From NCBI GenBank assembly GCA_964433815.1, contig CAYSSP010000006.1:18822-82821 (forward strand): 64,000 bases of DNA, in the 5' to 3' direction. Positions 17,801 through 25,354 of this stretch are shown in pieces (position 1 is the first letter of the stretch; each line of letters starts with the position of its first letter). The position numbers and the translations under genes are program-made. This stretch comes from an uncultured Candidatus Cloacimonadota bacterium. GTDB taxonomy: Bacteria; Cloacimonadota; Cloacimonadia; Cloacimonadales; Cloacimonadaceae. The notes under the pieces were generated by a model. The model did not search any database. It was given only the letters and a program-made list of their open reading frames with translations, and had not been told where the DNA came from.

Positions 17801-19768
17801 CCTGAGATAGCCCTCAGTCCTCAAAACTGGAATGCCGGCACAATCGAGATCAATGGCACCTCTTCCCAGGTGATCAATATCTACAATACGGGGCTCTCTC
17901 CCTTGATCATCAATAGCATCAGCCTGGGTGGCGATTCTGCCTTAAGCTTGAGCGGTGTGCCCAGCCTCCCCGCAGTGCTCTCCTTGGGACAAAGCCGCAG
18001 CTTCACGGTCAATTTCAATCCGCAAACCGCAGGGCAAAAGACAGCGACAATCACTATCAACGACAATCGGGCACTCTCAATCATCAGCCTGAGCGGCACT
18101 TGTGTAGATCCACGCATCTCCAGCCTGACCTTTACGGAAGAATTCGACAACGTCGTAAGCCCTGCCCTACCCATCGGCTGGACTACCTATAGCTCCACGA
18201 CCTCCACCGGTTACGTAAGGAGCTCCACCAGCTACTACTCATCCTTCCCAAACAGCATTACCTTTTACAACAGCTCTGATGTCATCGCCGATTTGCGCCT
18301 GATCAGCCCCCAGGTACTGGTTCCGTTGAACGGCACAAGGCTCAGCTTCAAAGCCAAAGGCAGCAGTGCCGGATACTTGCTTTTGGTAGGCACAATGCCA
18401 AATCCCACCGGAGCTTTTACCCAATTGGCCAGCTTCACCCTCAGTGCCGATTTCGCCTCTTACGAGCTCAATATCAACTATACCGGCAGCGACAACTACT
18501 TGGTCTTCAAGCATGGTCTGGGCGGCACCAGCAACCGCACCCTCTACCTTGATGACCTGAAGCTGGAGGGCCTTTACAATACCGAGCTAATGGCGCTGAG
18601 CCTCGATGGACCCGCCTATGGCCAGACTTCTGAACTGCTGAGCTATACTACAACCGTCAAAAACAACGGTTTGCAGACTCAGAATAGCTACACAGTCCGG
18701 CTGATGCTGGATTCCGGACGCACTGAGCTTGCCTCGATCGCCGTTAATCAGCCTCTCGCCCCCGGTGAAAGCAGACAGCACAGCCTCTCCTGGACTCCTC
18801 TTACTACCGGTAGTTTTGAGCTTTACAGCAATGTAGAGGTTCCCGGCGACAGTTACATAGCAAATAACCAGAGCCAAAGCTACGCATCCCAAATCTTCGA
18901 TATCACAAATCTCGTTTCAGCTGTTGGCAACGACCAGGAAGCACTCACCACTAATGTGCTTCCGCTAAACTTCTTTTACAAAAACAGCATCACCGAAACC
19001 ATCTACCTGCCTTCAGATCTACAGATGTCGAGTGGCACCATCACTCATCTCGGCTATGTAAACAGCTTTGTCCAAAACCTGCTTGCCATGCCTGTCAAGA
19101 TCTGGATGAAAAACACAGCTTCAGCCAATCTAAGCAGTGGTTGGGAGGATTTTACCGGATACAGCCTGGTCTTTGACGGAACGGTCGATTTCCCTCAAGG
19201 AGTGAATAGTATCTTGATCGCACTTAGCAGTCCTTTCACCTATACCGGCGGGAATCTGGCAGTTCGGGTCAACCGCCCTATGGATGCTGTTTATTACAAT
19301 ACCGCCAATCACTTCTATTACAATGTATCTGGTGCCGTTCCAGATCGCTCCCGCTACCTCTATAGCGATAGCACTGTATATGATCCCACCGCCCCTGCTG
19401 CCACCGGAACTCTCTCCAGCAATATACCCATGAGCGTGTTTATCTCGCAAAACGCATCACCTTATACTCTCGAAGCACCTCAGGCCTCTGTAAGCATAGG
19501 CGCTGGATTGATGCAACTTAGTTGGACCCAGGCACCCGGCCATTATGGATACGATATCTATGAAACTGATGATCCCAGTCTCTGGCCGGGCAATCCCACT
19601 GCCACTGTCTATACTCCCGGCTACAGCTCATCGCTGGCACCTCGCAAATTCTTCAAGATAAAAGCCTTTAGCTATAGCTTTGATCCCCGTATGCTTGTCC
19701 AAAGCAGTCTCCGATCCGGCTTACCCAAACCCATGGAAGCTATCGGCGAGATTCAAAACAAGGATTAA
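14873..19768 (+). CDS. Giant secreted M6-family (immune inhibitor A-like) zinc metalloprotease with multiple Ig/FN3/jelly-roll modules
   Basis: The signal peptide is followed by 'VKQPDGSSLNLFATGDEYHNWLHDENNFTI', typical of the M6 N-terminal domain. HEXXH 'CHEFFHTLG' lies at 15818-15832. The start is GTG at 14873 or ATG at 14879. Confidence 0.8.
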   Translation: MEMPQCHKLCKYGFLLLFVLLTVTIQAAVIRGIEMTVKQPDGSSLNLFATGDEYHNWLHDENNFTIIQDKQTGYYCYAMRDGEGVTASPLIVGKGDPRSIGLEPGINISSSLYRQMRSEKFYMPAERDAPTTGTINNLVIYIRFSDETEFGQSNSIYDGWFNTGTSSQKGYFLEASYNQLTVNTHFYPAPAGGYVVSWQDSHPRAYYQPYNASTNPSGYDGDTERRNREFSLLQSACNAVGSSVPSNLTIDSDNDGRVDNVVFIVKGSAGAWSSLLWPHRWSLYDRYVYIQGKRVYDFNFQLQNFLSSRGVGVICHEFFHTLGAPDLYHYTDNGIDPAGSWDLMESDQNPPQHMTAFMKWKYGDWIASIPTISADGIYSLNPLTSPTGQAYRINSNNANQYYMVEFRKKTGTYESSIPNSGMLIYRIDTSCGNGNADGPPDELYIYRLNGTTTTNGSLSSAHFSTESGRIKIDNTTNPAPFLQDGSAGNLYLCEIGSSSGTTMTFRKGAPQIDFGINPYTQGFDATSYPPDGWLNPVLVGTETMNRVTSGTNPTCSPQSGGGMVKYNSDTSASGSSALLISPKIVCSDAVNSRYSVSFWMYRDGNYTTSLDRMEFYLNSSADLSGSPVLLGTIHRNRNQSPSVSTPGWKNYSFELPMPSTGNYYLLAKAISAGGYNMYLDSFSIAKLPAPATNPIPADLSTGQNPSTNLGWTASTGSPAGYKLYLGTDNPPTNLVNGIDLGLVTNYNPSTDLLPLTTYYWQLVPYNAGGQTPNCPIWSFSTLSAVNLPFTESFGTTGTTFPPLDWTRYSGVLANPSTIVTNTSYWIQDDWLNLSTNPANKSARMNIYGSTRYGWMISPLINLQAGTLLEFDLGLTDYSNSNPIGSDTTGLTGTDDSFAVLISDGSSWSPANIIRLWDNAGSPYVYNQISHLGQRVIIDLSAHSGYKYLAFYGASSTANADNDLFVDNISLRLANPAPEIALSPQNWNAGTIEINGTSSQVINIYNTGLSPLIINSISLGGDSALSLSGVPSLPAVLSLGQSRSFTVNFNPQTAGQKTATITINDNRALSIISLSGTCVDPRISSLTFTEEFDNVVSPALPIGWTTYSSTTSTGYVRSSTSYYSSFPNSITFYNSSDVIADLRLISPQVLVPLNGTRLSFKAKGSSAGYLLLVGTMPNPTGAFTQLASFTLSADFASYELNINYTGSDNYLVFKHGLGGTSNRTLYLDDLKLEGLYNTELMALSLDGPAYGQTSELLSYTTTVKNNGLQTQNSYTVRLMLDSGRTELASIAVNQPLAPGESRQHSLSWTPLTTGSFELYSNVEVPGDSYIANNQSQSYASQIFDITNLVSAVGNDQEALTTNVLPLNFFYKNSITETIYLPSDLQMSSGTITHLGYVNSFVQNLLAMPVKIWMKNTASANLSSGWEDFTGYSLVFDGTVDFPQGVNSILIALSSPFTYTGGNLAVRVNRPMDAVYYNTANHFYYNVSGAVPDRSRYLYSDSTVYDPTAPAATGTLSSNIPMSVFISQNASPYTLEAPQASVSIGAGLMQLSWTQAPGHYGYDIYETDDPSLWPGNPTATVYTPGYSSSLAPRKFFKIKAFSYSFDPRMLVQSSLRSGLPKPMEAIGEIQNKD

Positions 19769-19785
19769 AACCCCGCATTATGAAC

Positions 19786-19815
19786 CAAACCGCCGGAGTG
19801 GCTTCCGGCGGTTTG
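19786..19815. terminator. Shared hairpin between convergent genes
   Basis: The 12-bp perfect stem caaaccgccgga (19786-19797) pairs with tccggcggtttg (19804-19815). The T-run is weak (cgtgtctttt). Confidence 0.55.
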
Positions 19816-19845
19816 CGTGTCTTTTATATCAGGATGTATGAAGGG

Positions 19846-20715
19846 CTAGGAGATTTCTCTACGGCTATAGAACCAATAACCCACCGCAAAGAAGATGATA
19901 CTGAAGACTATTCGCTGCAAGGTAAACTCATCGAGCAGCATCGGCCAGACGCTGTTGATGGTGGCGTCCGCAGTTGCATTGCCCAAGCTGCCGATCTTGT
20001 TATCCGCCAGGCTGATATTCACACCGGAACCCAATCCCCCAAGTTTACCAAGATAGGATACAAGGGACGGGAAGTGAAAGCCGGTGGCTTTGTTCAGGAT
20101 ATTACGTGCTATCTCGATGCCGGCAACGATAGCCACTGATTTCATAAAGGAGCCATTCTTGAAGATCCCTGCGAACATCCAAAAGAAACTGACCACGAAC
20201 AGGAACGGGAAGAACATACTGATCAGAGTTTGCAGCATCCCTGTGTAGGCGTAGGCAACGCTGAGACCAAGCTTGATCGCAAGATAAGAGCCCGCAACAG
20301 TCACGCCTAAGAGGCTGATGATCACGATCTGGAGATAGAGCCCGAGAGTGACCAAACCGAATTTGACACCTATTATCTTGGGGAGTGAGACCGGCTGGGA
20401 GAGGTGAAAAATCTCGCAGTGTTTCTTGAAGCCGCTATTGAGCATTGTATCCGCCATCCCGACTCCGGTAAGCATCGCCAGAAAAGCAAGCATTGCGGGT
20501 CCGGCTAAGCCCAATCCCCAGAGCACAATCTTATCGTATTCATTGCCAAAGCTTTTCATATTCACAAAGAAATTCAGATCTGCGCCTTGGATCAGTGCCC
20601 AAATCAGGCCGGTGATAAAGGTTGCAATCACTCCCAGAGTAAACCAGGAAGGGAGCATCATAGTAGCCCAGTGCGTCCACCATTCTTTCTTGATTAAAGC
20701 TTTAATCTGTTTCAT
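19846..20715 (-). CDS. ABC-2-type transporter permease-like membrane protein
   Basis: Polytopic 289-aa protein. It is translationally coupled (ATGA) to the upstream ABC ATPase. Confidence 0.6.
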   Translation of the reverse strand: MKQIKALIKKEWWTHWATMMLPSWFTLGVIATFITGLIWALIQGADLNFFVNMKSFGNEYDKIVLWGLGLAGPAMLAFLAMLTGVGMADTMLNSGFKKHCEIFHLSQPVSLPKIIGVKFGLVTLGLYLQIVIISLLGVTVAGSYLAIKLGLSVAYAYTGMLQTLISMFFPFLFVVSFFWMFAGIFKNGSFMKSVAIVAGIEIARNILNKATGFHFPSLVSYLGKLGGLGSGVNISLADNKIGSLGNATADATINSVWPMLLDEFTLQRIVFSIIFFAVGYWFYSRREIS

Positions 20716-21590
20716 CGGGCACCTCCTACGACTGCCAGGAAGATATCTGCCAGATTGGGTCTGCCGTAGCTGGCTCCTTCGATCTCTACTGTTGAGGATA
20801 ATACTGCGCTTACAAAGCCCAGGCTGTGCCCCATCGCCTTGGGAGAATGAGCCTTAAGTTCCTCCGCCCTGTCTTGAGGCAGGCTTACGATCCTAAAGCG
20901 GCTCTTCAAGCTCTCAACTTCCTCGTGTAGCAGGATGCGTCCCTCATCGATGATCACTATTTCCTGCAGGATATCCTCCACTTCCTCCACTTGATGCGTG
21001 GAGATCAGGATGCTCTTGTTTTCATCGAAAAACTCACCCAGGATGTTGCTAAAGAATTCTTTTCTAAAGGAGATATCGAGTCCCAGTGTAGGCTCGTCCA
21101 ATAGCAGGAAGCGGACATCCAGCGACAAGGTAATCAGCAGATAGAGCTTTGTCTTCATCCCTTTGGAAAGCTTGGAAACCTTCTTTTTCATAGGCAGATC
21201 GCTGATCTCGAGCAAGTGACTGGCAATCTCATCGTTCCATCTGGGATTGACTCCCTTGATATAATCTATGGTCTGCTTTACGGTGAGTCGGTCATCGAGG
21301 CCGCTGACGTCCGGGATAAAAGCAACTTCTTCAAAAACCCATTTGTCGCGGTGCTTGATCGGACGGTCATTGAGGCTTACCTCACCCGTAAAGGCGAGAA
21401 AACCCAGCATACAGCGCATCAGAGTCGATTTTCCTGCACCATTCTTTCCCAAAAGGCCGATTATCTTGCCTTCGCCCAGGTTCAGATCGACCCCATCCAG
21501 AGCCCGGAACTTTCCATAGTCTTTGGTGACGCCTTTCAAGCGGTAGGCGGCATCCTGATTTGTGAGCTGATTAGTCACGAGGACCTCCAT
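20712..21590 (-). CDS. ABC transporter ATP-binding protein
   Basis: Walker A 'GKNGAGKSTLMRC', signature 'LSKGMKTKL', Walker B 'LLLDEPTLGLD'. Confidence 0.85.
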   Translation of the reverse strand: MEVLVTNQLTNQDAAYRLKGVTKDYGKFRALDGVDLNLGEGKIIGLLGKNGAGKSTLMRCMLGFLAFTGEVSLNDRPIKHRDKWVFEEVAFIPDVSGLDDRLTVKQTIDYIKGVNPRWNDEIASHLLEISDLPMKKKVSKLSKGMKTKLYLLITLSLDVRFLLLDEPTLGLDISFRKEFFSNILGEFFDENKSILISTHQVEEVEDILQEIVIIDEGRILLHEEVESLKSRFRIVSLPQDRAEELKAHSPKAMGHSLGFVSAVLSSTVEIEGASYGRPNLADIFLAVVGGAR

Positions 21591-21945
21591 ATATCTTCTT
21601 TATCTTATCATGCAATTCGCTCTCTGTGATCTCCAGTTGCCTGGCTTTTTGGAGGGCAGGTTCCAATATCTCGTTCTCGAAAGATTCACGGCGGGATTCT
21701 ATGATCTTGCGCCTGGCATCGGGAGCCACATAGATTCCCAGCCCCCGCTTCTTATAAAGGATCACTTCCTCTATCAGTGCACTCAGCGCATTGGCCACGG
21801 TGATCGGATTGAGACTGTAATCCTTTGCCATGGTCCTGAGTGATGGGATGGCATCCTCTTCCTTGAGTGCCCCCTCCAGGATCTTCTCTTCGATGTGCTT
21901 TCGCAATTGAAGATAAATCGGCGATTCATCGTTAAAGATCTTCAT
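21571..21945 (-). CDS. GntR-family (YtrA-like) transcriptional regulator
   Basis: 'PIYLQLRKHIEEKILEG..L...IPSLRTMAKDYSLNPITVANALSAL' is a winged HTH. The start is set at MKIFND, with AGAGG upstream of the ATG at 21945. Confidence 0.8.
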   Translation of the reverse strand: MKIFNDESPIYLQLRKHIEEKILEGALKEEDAIPSLRTMAKDYSLNPITVANALSALIEEVILYKKRGLGIYVAPDARRKIIESRRESFENEILEPALQKARQLEITESELHDKIKKIYGGPRD

Positions 21946-22189
21946 TCTGTTTACCTCTTTGCAGCAACGCGTCCGGCATTGCTTTGGTGTTGTAGTCAAC
22001 TAAAACAGTAATACAATTTCTGTCAATCTAAATCTTCAGATTTTTTTTGTTTCAGGAGCGGAAACGCTTGTAACAAATACAGATATAAATACACTCATCC
22101 GATACGATAGAACCAATGAGCGCCACCGTAGGCATAGATTTACAGCCTTTTTCTTAATTCACACTATCGCTGTTTCAAAGATCAAGCTC

Positions 22190-22234
22190 TCACTATTCTA
22201 TGGGGGACAGATCTGCCAAATTGGGGACAGATCC
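22190..22234 (+). repeat. Dispersed repeat, family B, copy 1 (two direct GGGACAGAT sites 20 bp apart)
   Basis: tcactattctatgggggacagatctgccaaattggggacagatccc. The inverted copy is at 44347-44391. Confidence 0.75.
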
Positions 22235-22394
22235 CAAGATTTTCACCAAAAAGTGGAAGATCCCTTGGGGCTGCCCTCCGAGCCCTGCGAGATCCCTCCA
22301 TTTATACTGCGAAGCCTATCTGCCGCTTGTTTCTGTCTTCAAAACTGCCCTCACTTGGACAAATGGTGAAAAGAGCATATAGGGTGGGAGATAG

Positions 22395-23065
22395 GTCGTA
22401 GCACTGGTCAATGAACCCGCCAAGAAGGTATTTGAGCGCTTTGTGCGGCTCGGTCTCGAGGACTCCCAAGTGCAAGCCCCGACCAAGACCAGCATCGGGC
22501 TCCGGGGCATCGAGGATCACCACTTATCTTACAACATCCTGCAGCAGCAGTTATTTTGGTCGGCAATCACTTTGAAGCCGATGTCCTGCAGGACGTTGCT
22601 GACACCCTCTCCAAAGCTATTGAGCAGGGCTATGCCAAAGAGATGCTTGCGGATACCCTCAAAGATCAGTTCAATGATCTCGCCAACAAGTCATCCCACT
22701 ACTGGCAGGGACTGGCAGAGCATACGGCTCTCAGAATCAGGGAGTTCGGAAGGCTGCAAGGCTACAAGAAAGCCAACGTCAGATACTATAAGCTCGTGGT
22801 GATCCTTAATGAACGTACCAGTGATATCTGTAGGGCGTTAGCTGCTCAGGATAAGATCTACCCCCGAAACGATGCCGTAGAGGTGATGGACAATCTAATG
22901 GCTCTGGATACCAAATCCAATAGCCTCGATGATGCCCGAGACTATATCAAAGCCCTTGCACCTGGGATTAAAGACGATCAGATCGAGTACGACTCAGAGA
23001 TGAATCCTGTAGGCGTATCCGGAGCGCATACTCCATTCCCTCCATTTCATTGGAAATCTGAGTAA
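22395..23065 (+). pseudogene. Truncated and probably frameshifted phage head-morphogenesis gene (Mu F / SPP1 gp7-like)
   Basis: 'LNERTSDICRALAAQDKIY' resembles the conserved 'LDeRTc.iC..ldGk.y' core of Phage_Mu_F. No credible start or N-terminal half exists. Two overlapping open frames (22395- and 22556-) switch near the TTATTTTGG tract at 22551-22559. Confidence 0.4.
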
Positions 23066-23133
23066 ATGTCTCTTTTAAATAATATCTTCCTCCTCTGGGT
23101 TTAATAGCTTCATGTCATTTCAAATATAGTATC

Positions 23134-24045
23134 TTAGTACTTGCCGTATTTTCTGCCAGCTTCAGCCACAGCAATATAGATACCACCGCTTACCTGTCTG
23201 CCGAAATCATCTCTACCATCCCATTGGAAAGTGTGATCGTCTGCCGCATTGCTATTGCCGGACTGGGATCTGATCAACTGGCCCTTGAGGTTATAGATAC
23301 TGAGCTTGCAGATGCAAGGCTCAGATGCTTTGATAGAAATAGTGTTTTTATCAGAAAATGGGTTGGGATAACATGAAATGATCAGGTTGGGTTGAGGAAA
23401 TGTCGGATCGTCAACAGAAGTGCCATCTGATAAAGTGAAAACAATTTTAGGAGCGTAGGGATTATATGGACTACTATCTGTGGTTGTTGCGATATTATCA
23501 TCCCTGTTGTCCCAATCTGAGAACCCATTCAAATAGATGCGATATTGTGTGCATGCTCTATTATCTGCAAAGTCCATCAATAAGCAATCTGTTACGTCGT
23601 GACTTACCCAACTGGGAATTGTAAGTGTCTCATTGGTAAAGAAAGTGTAGGTGCCATAAAAACTGGATGGAATTACATCATTTGAATTGAAAGAATCTCC
23701 ATAATCAATATGTTCCAGTATTCCCTCTGGATAGACAGAATTATCGCCACTATTGAATATCGGATATACACTTGAAGTAGAATTTCCTTCCATCGCACCT
23801 ATATACATCATAAGATAGGCTGATTGCAAATGATAGCCATCCGGAATCATGGGTAGTTCAAATGATAGATACCCAATGCTGGCAAAATGAACCATCCAGG
23901 CCCAACTGTAATAATCCCCAATCCATGTTTCCCCCTCTTGCCAATTTGCATCTACTGTAAGGTAGTTTTGCTGATAGTAGATAGACCCGCTCAACTCATC
24001 AACTGCAAGAAGTGAGTCTACAATTTCATTTTTGGAGTCACCCAT
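23134..24045 (-). CDS. AT-rich secreted protein with a T9SS C-terminal sorting domain, apparently disrupted at its 5' end
   Basis: Terminal 'CYPNPFSDKNTISIK...LSIYNLKGQLIRS...WDGRDDFGRQVSGGIYIAV'. An in-frame signal peptide (NTIVLVILILLAIILHG) lies upstream at 24046-24120. It is cut off from its RBS and ATG (24124-24126) by a TAA at 24121-24123. Confidence 0.6.
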   Translation of the reverse strand: MGDSKNEIVDSLLAVDELSGSIYYQQNYLTVDANWQEGETWIGDYYSWAWMVHFASIGYLSFELPMIPDGYHLQSAYLMMYIGAMEGNSTSSVYPIFNSGDNSVYPEGILEHIDYGDSFNSNDVIPSSFYGTYTFFTNETLTIPSWVSHDVTDCLLMDFADNRACTQYRIYLNGFSDWDNRDDNIATTTDSSPYNPYAPKIVFTLSDGTSVDDPTFPQPNLIISCYPNPFSDKNTISIKASEPCICKLSIYNLKGQLIRSQSGNSNAADDHTFQWDGRDDFGRQVSGGIYIAVAEAGRKYGKY

Positions 24046-24481
24046 TATCTCAGAGAATTGAAGTGTTTCTCCATGTAAGATTATTGCGAGCAGGATAAGA
24101 ATAACAAGTACAATCGTGTTTTACATGTATTCTCCGACCATAAAGAAGGTACCCTTGATACTCCAAAGGCTACCGTGACCTCTTTCCACTTTTTCCAAAA
24201 TCTAATCATGAGTAACATCTTGGATCACATACCCTTAATCCAACAACCATGACTTTCCCTTTCACTTAACAAAACCGTTCTTCCCTTTTTTCAGCGTCGA
24301 TGCTGACTATTGTACGGGCTATTATATTCCGTTTACCCACATTATATAGACTAGTATAATCCTTAATAATCACAATGCAAACATTTTTCTGTCTCATCCT
24401 TACTCATCCTGATTTGTCAGCGGACAGGGTAGTGACTTCCTGGCTCTGGATCAATGATCACAACTGGAACAAGGAGATAGC

Positions 24482-24907
24482 ATGACCGAAGCGTTGATGA
24501 ACCGAATCAAAGAACAATTAGTCAGACACGAAGGTCTGCGACTTAAGCCATACCACTGCACGGCAGGAAAGCTGACTATCGGGTATGGTCGCAATCTCGA
24601 TGATTGTGGTATCTCTCAGACCGAAGCCTATGTACTCTTGAAGAATGATATCCAGAACTGCGAGAAGCAGCTTTTGGATGAGATTCCAGAGATATATAAT
24701 GGTTTGGATGAAGTCCGCCAGTCGGTGCTGATCAATATGTGCTTCAACCTTGGCATCAAAGGCCTCCTGGACTTCAACAACACCTTGGCTTTTATCAAAG
24801 CCGGAGACTGGGAACGGGCTGCAAATAACATGCTGGCCTCCAAGTGGGCGAAGCAGGTGGGAATGAGAGCAATAGAGCTTTCTGAGCTGATGGGGAAAGG
24901 TAAGTAA
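24482..24907 (+). CDS. Phage-type lysozyme (GH24, T4-lysozyme-like)
   Basis: 'LVRHEGLRLKPYHCTAGKLTIGYGRNL' is the catalytic Glu region of GH24. AAGGAGA lies 4 nt upstream of the ATG. Confidence 0.85.
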   Translation: MTEALMNRIKEQLVRHEGLRLKPYHCTAGKLTIGYGRNLDDCGISQTEAYVLLKNDIQNCEKQLLDEIPEIYNGLDEVRQSVLINMCFNLGIKGLLDFNNTLAFIKAGDWERAANNMLASKWAKQVGMRAIELSELMGKGK

Positions 24908-25354
24908 TACCGATCCCGGTCGAAACGGATGCCATGCTCGCCATCATCAACCTGCCCAAGGAGATGGGTAATAATGGCATCTTCAAGGAGCATCAGGGAC
25001 TGGTAATGGAGACTATCCACTCACTGGTTCTGCAAGAGCACTACGATCATGCAACTCACGATGACCTGCCGAAAGAGGAGCCGTATTTCCGATGCTCTGA
25101 AACTGGTAGGGATTGCTGAGACTCTCTACAACAAAGACAATATCCCCAAGTATCAGTGTTACATTCTTACTATTGAACGTTTTCAATAGTGACCATAACC
25201 GTAAGATCAGCCAATTTTGTTTGACCGAATAGCACGACTCAGGAGCTAAAAAGACTTTTCGGTGCTTGACATCATTAGCACTGTAAAAAAACTCTCTTCG
25301 ATATGGTATTATCATCAGTCTTGGTGAAATAAAGCCCATAAATACAGAGGAGTA

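Noticed and set aside
14915-19450. Antisense and alternative-frame ORFs inside the M6 protease gene (for example 14915-15478, 15596-15931, 19130-19450)
   Set aside because: Same reasoning. The plus-strand frame has a signal peptide, HEXXH and repeated Ig/FN3 modules. The others are shadow ORFs.
22200-22382. A 60-aa ORF starting within the family B repeat
   Set aside because: It begins inside the repeat, has no RBS and shows no recognisable motif. Its counterpart at the other repeat copy does not preserve the reading frame.
24121-24123. TAA at codon 2 as evidence for stop-codon reassignment
   Set aside because: TAA, TAG and TGA all terminate well-supported genes across the window at the expected protein lengths (for example cdd, tmk, aqpZ, ettA). 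Genome-wide recoding is therefore not supported, and a local nonsense mutation is the simpler explanation.
24934-25119. A 61-aa ORF downstream of the lysozyme as a holin/spanin or other phage gene
   Set aside because: It has no TM segment, so it is not holin-like. It has no RBS and no recognisable motif. It could be a further phage gene fragment, but I cannot support that.
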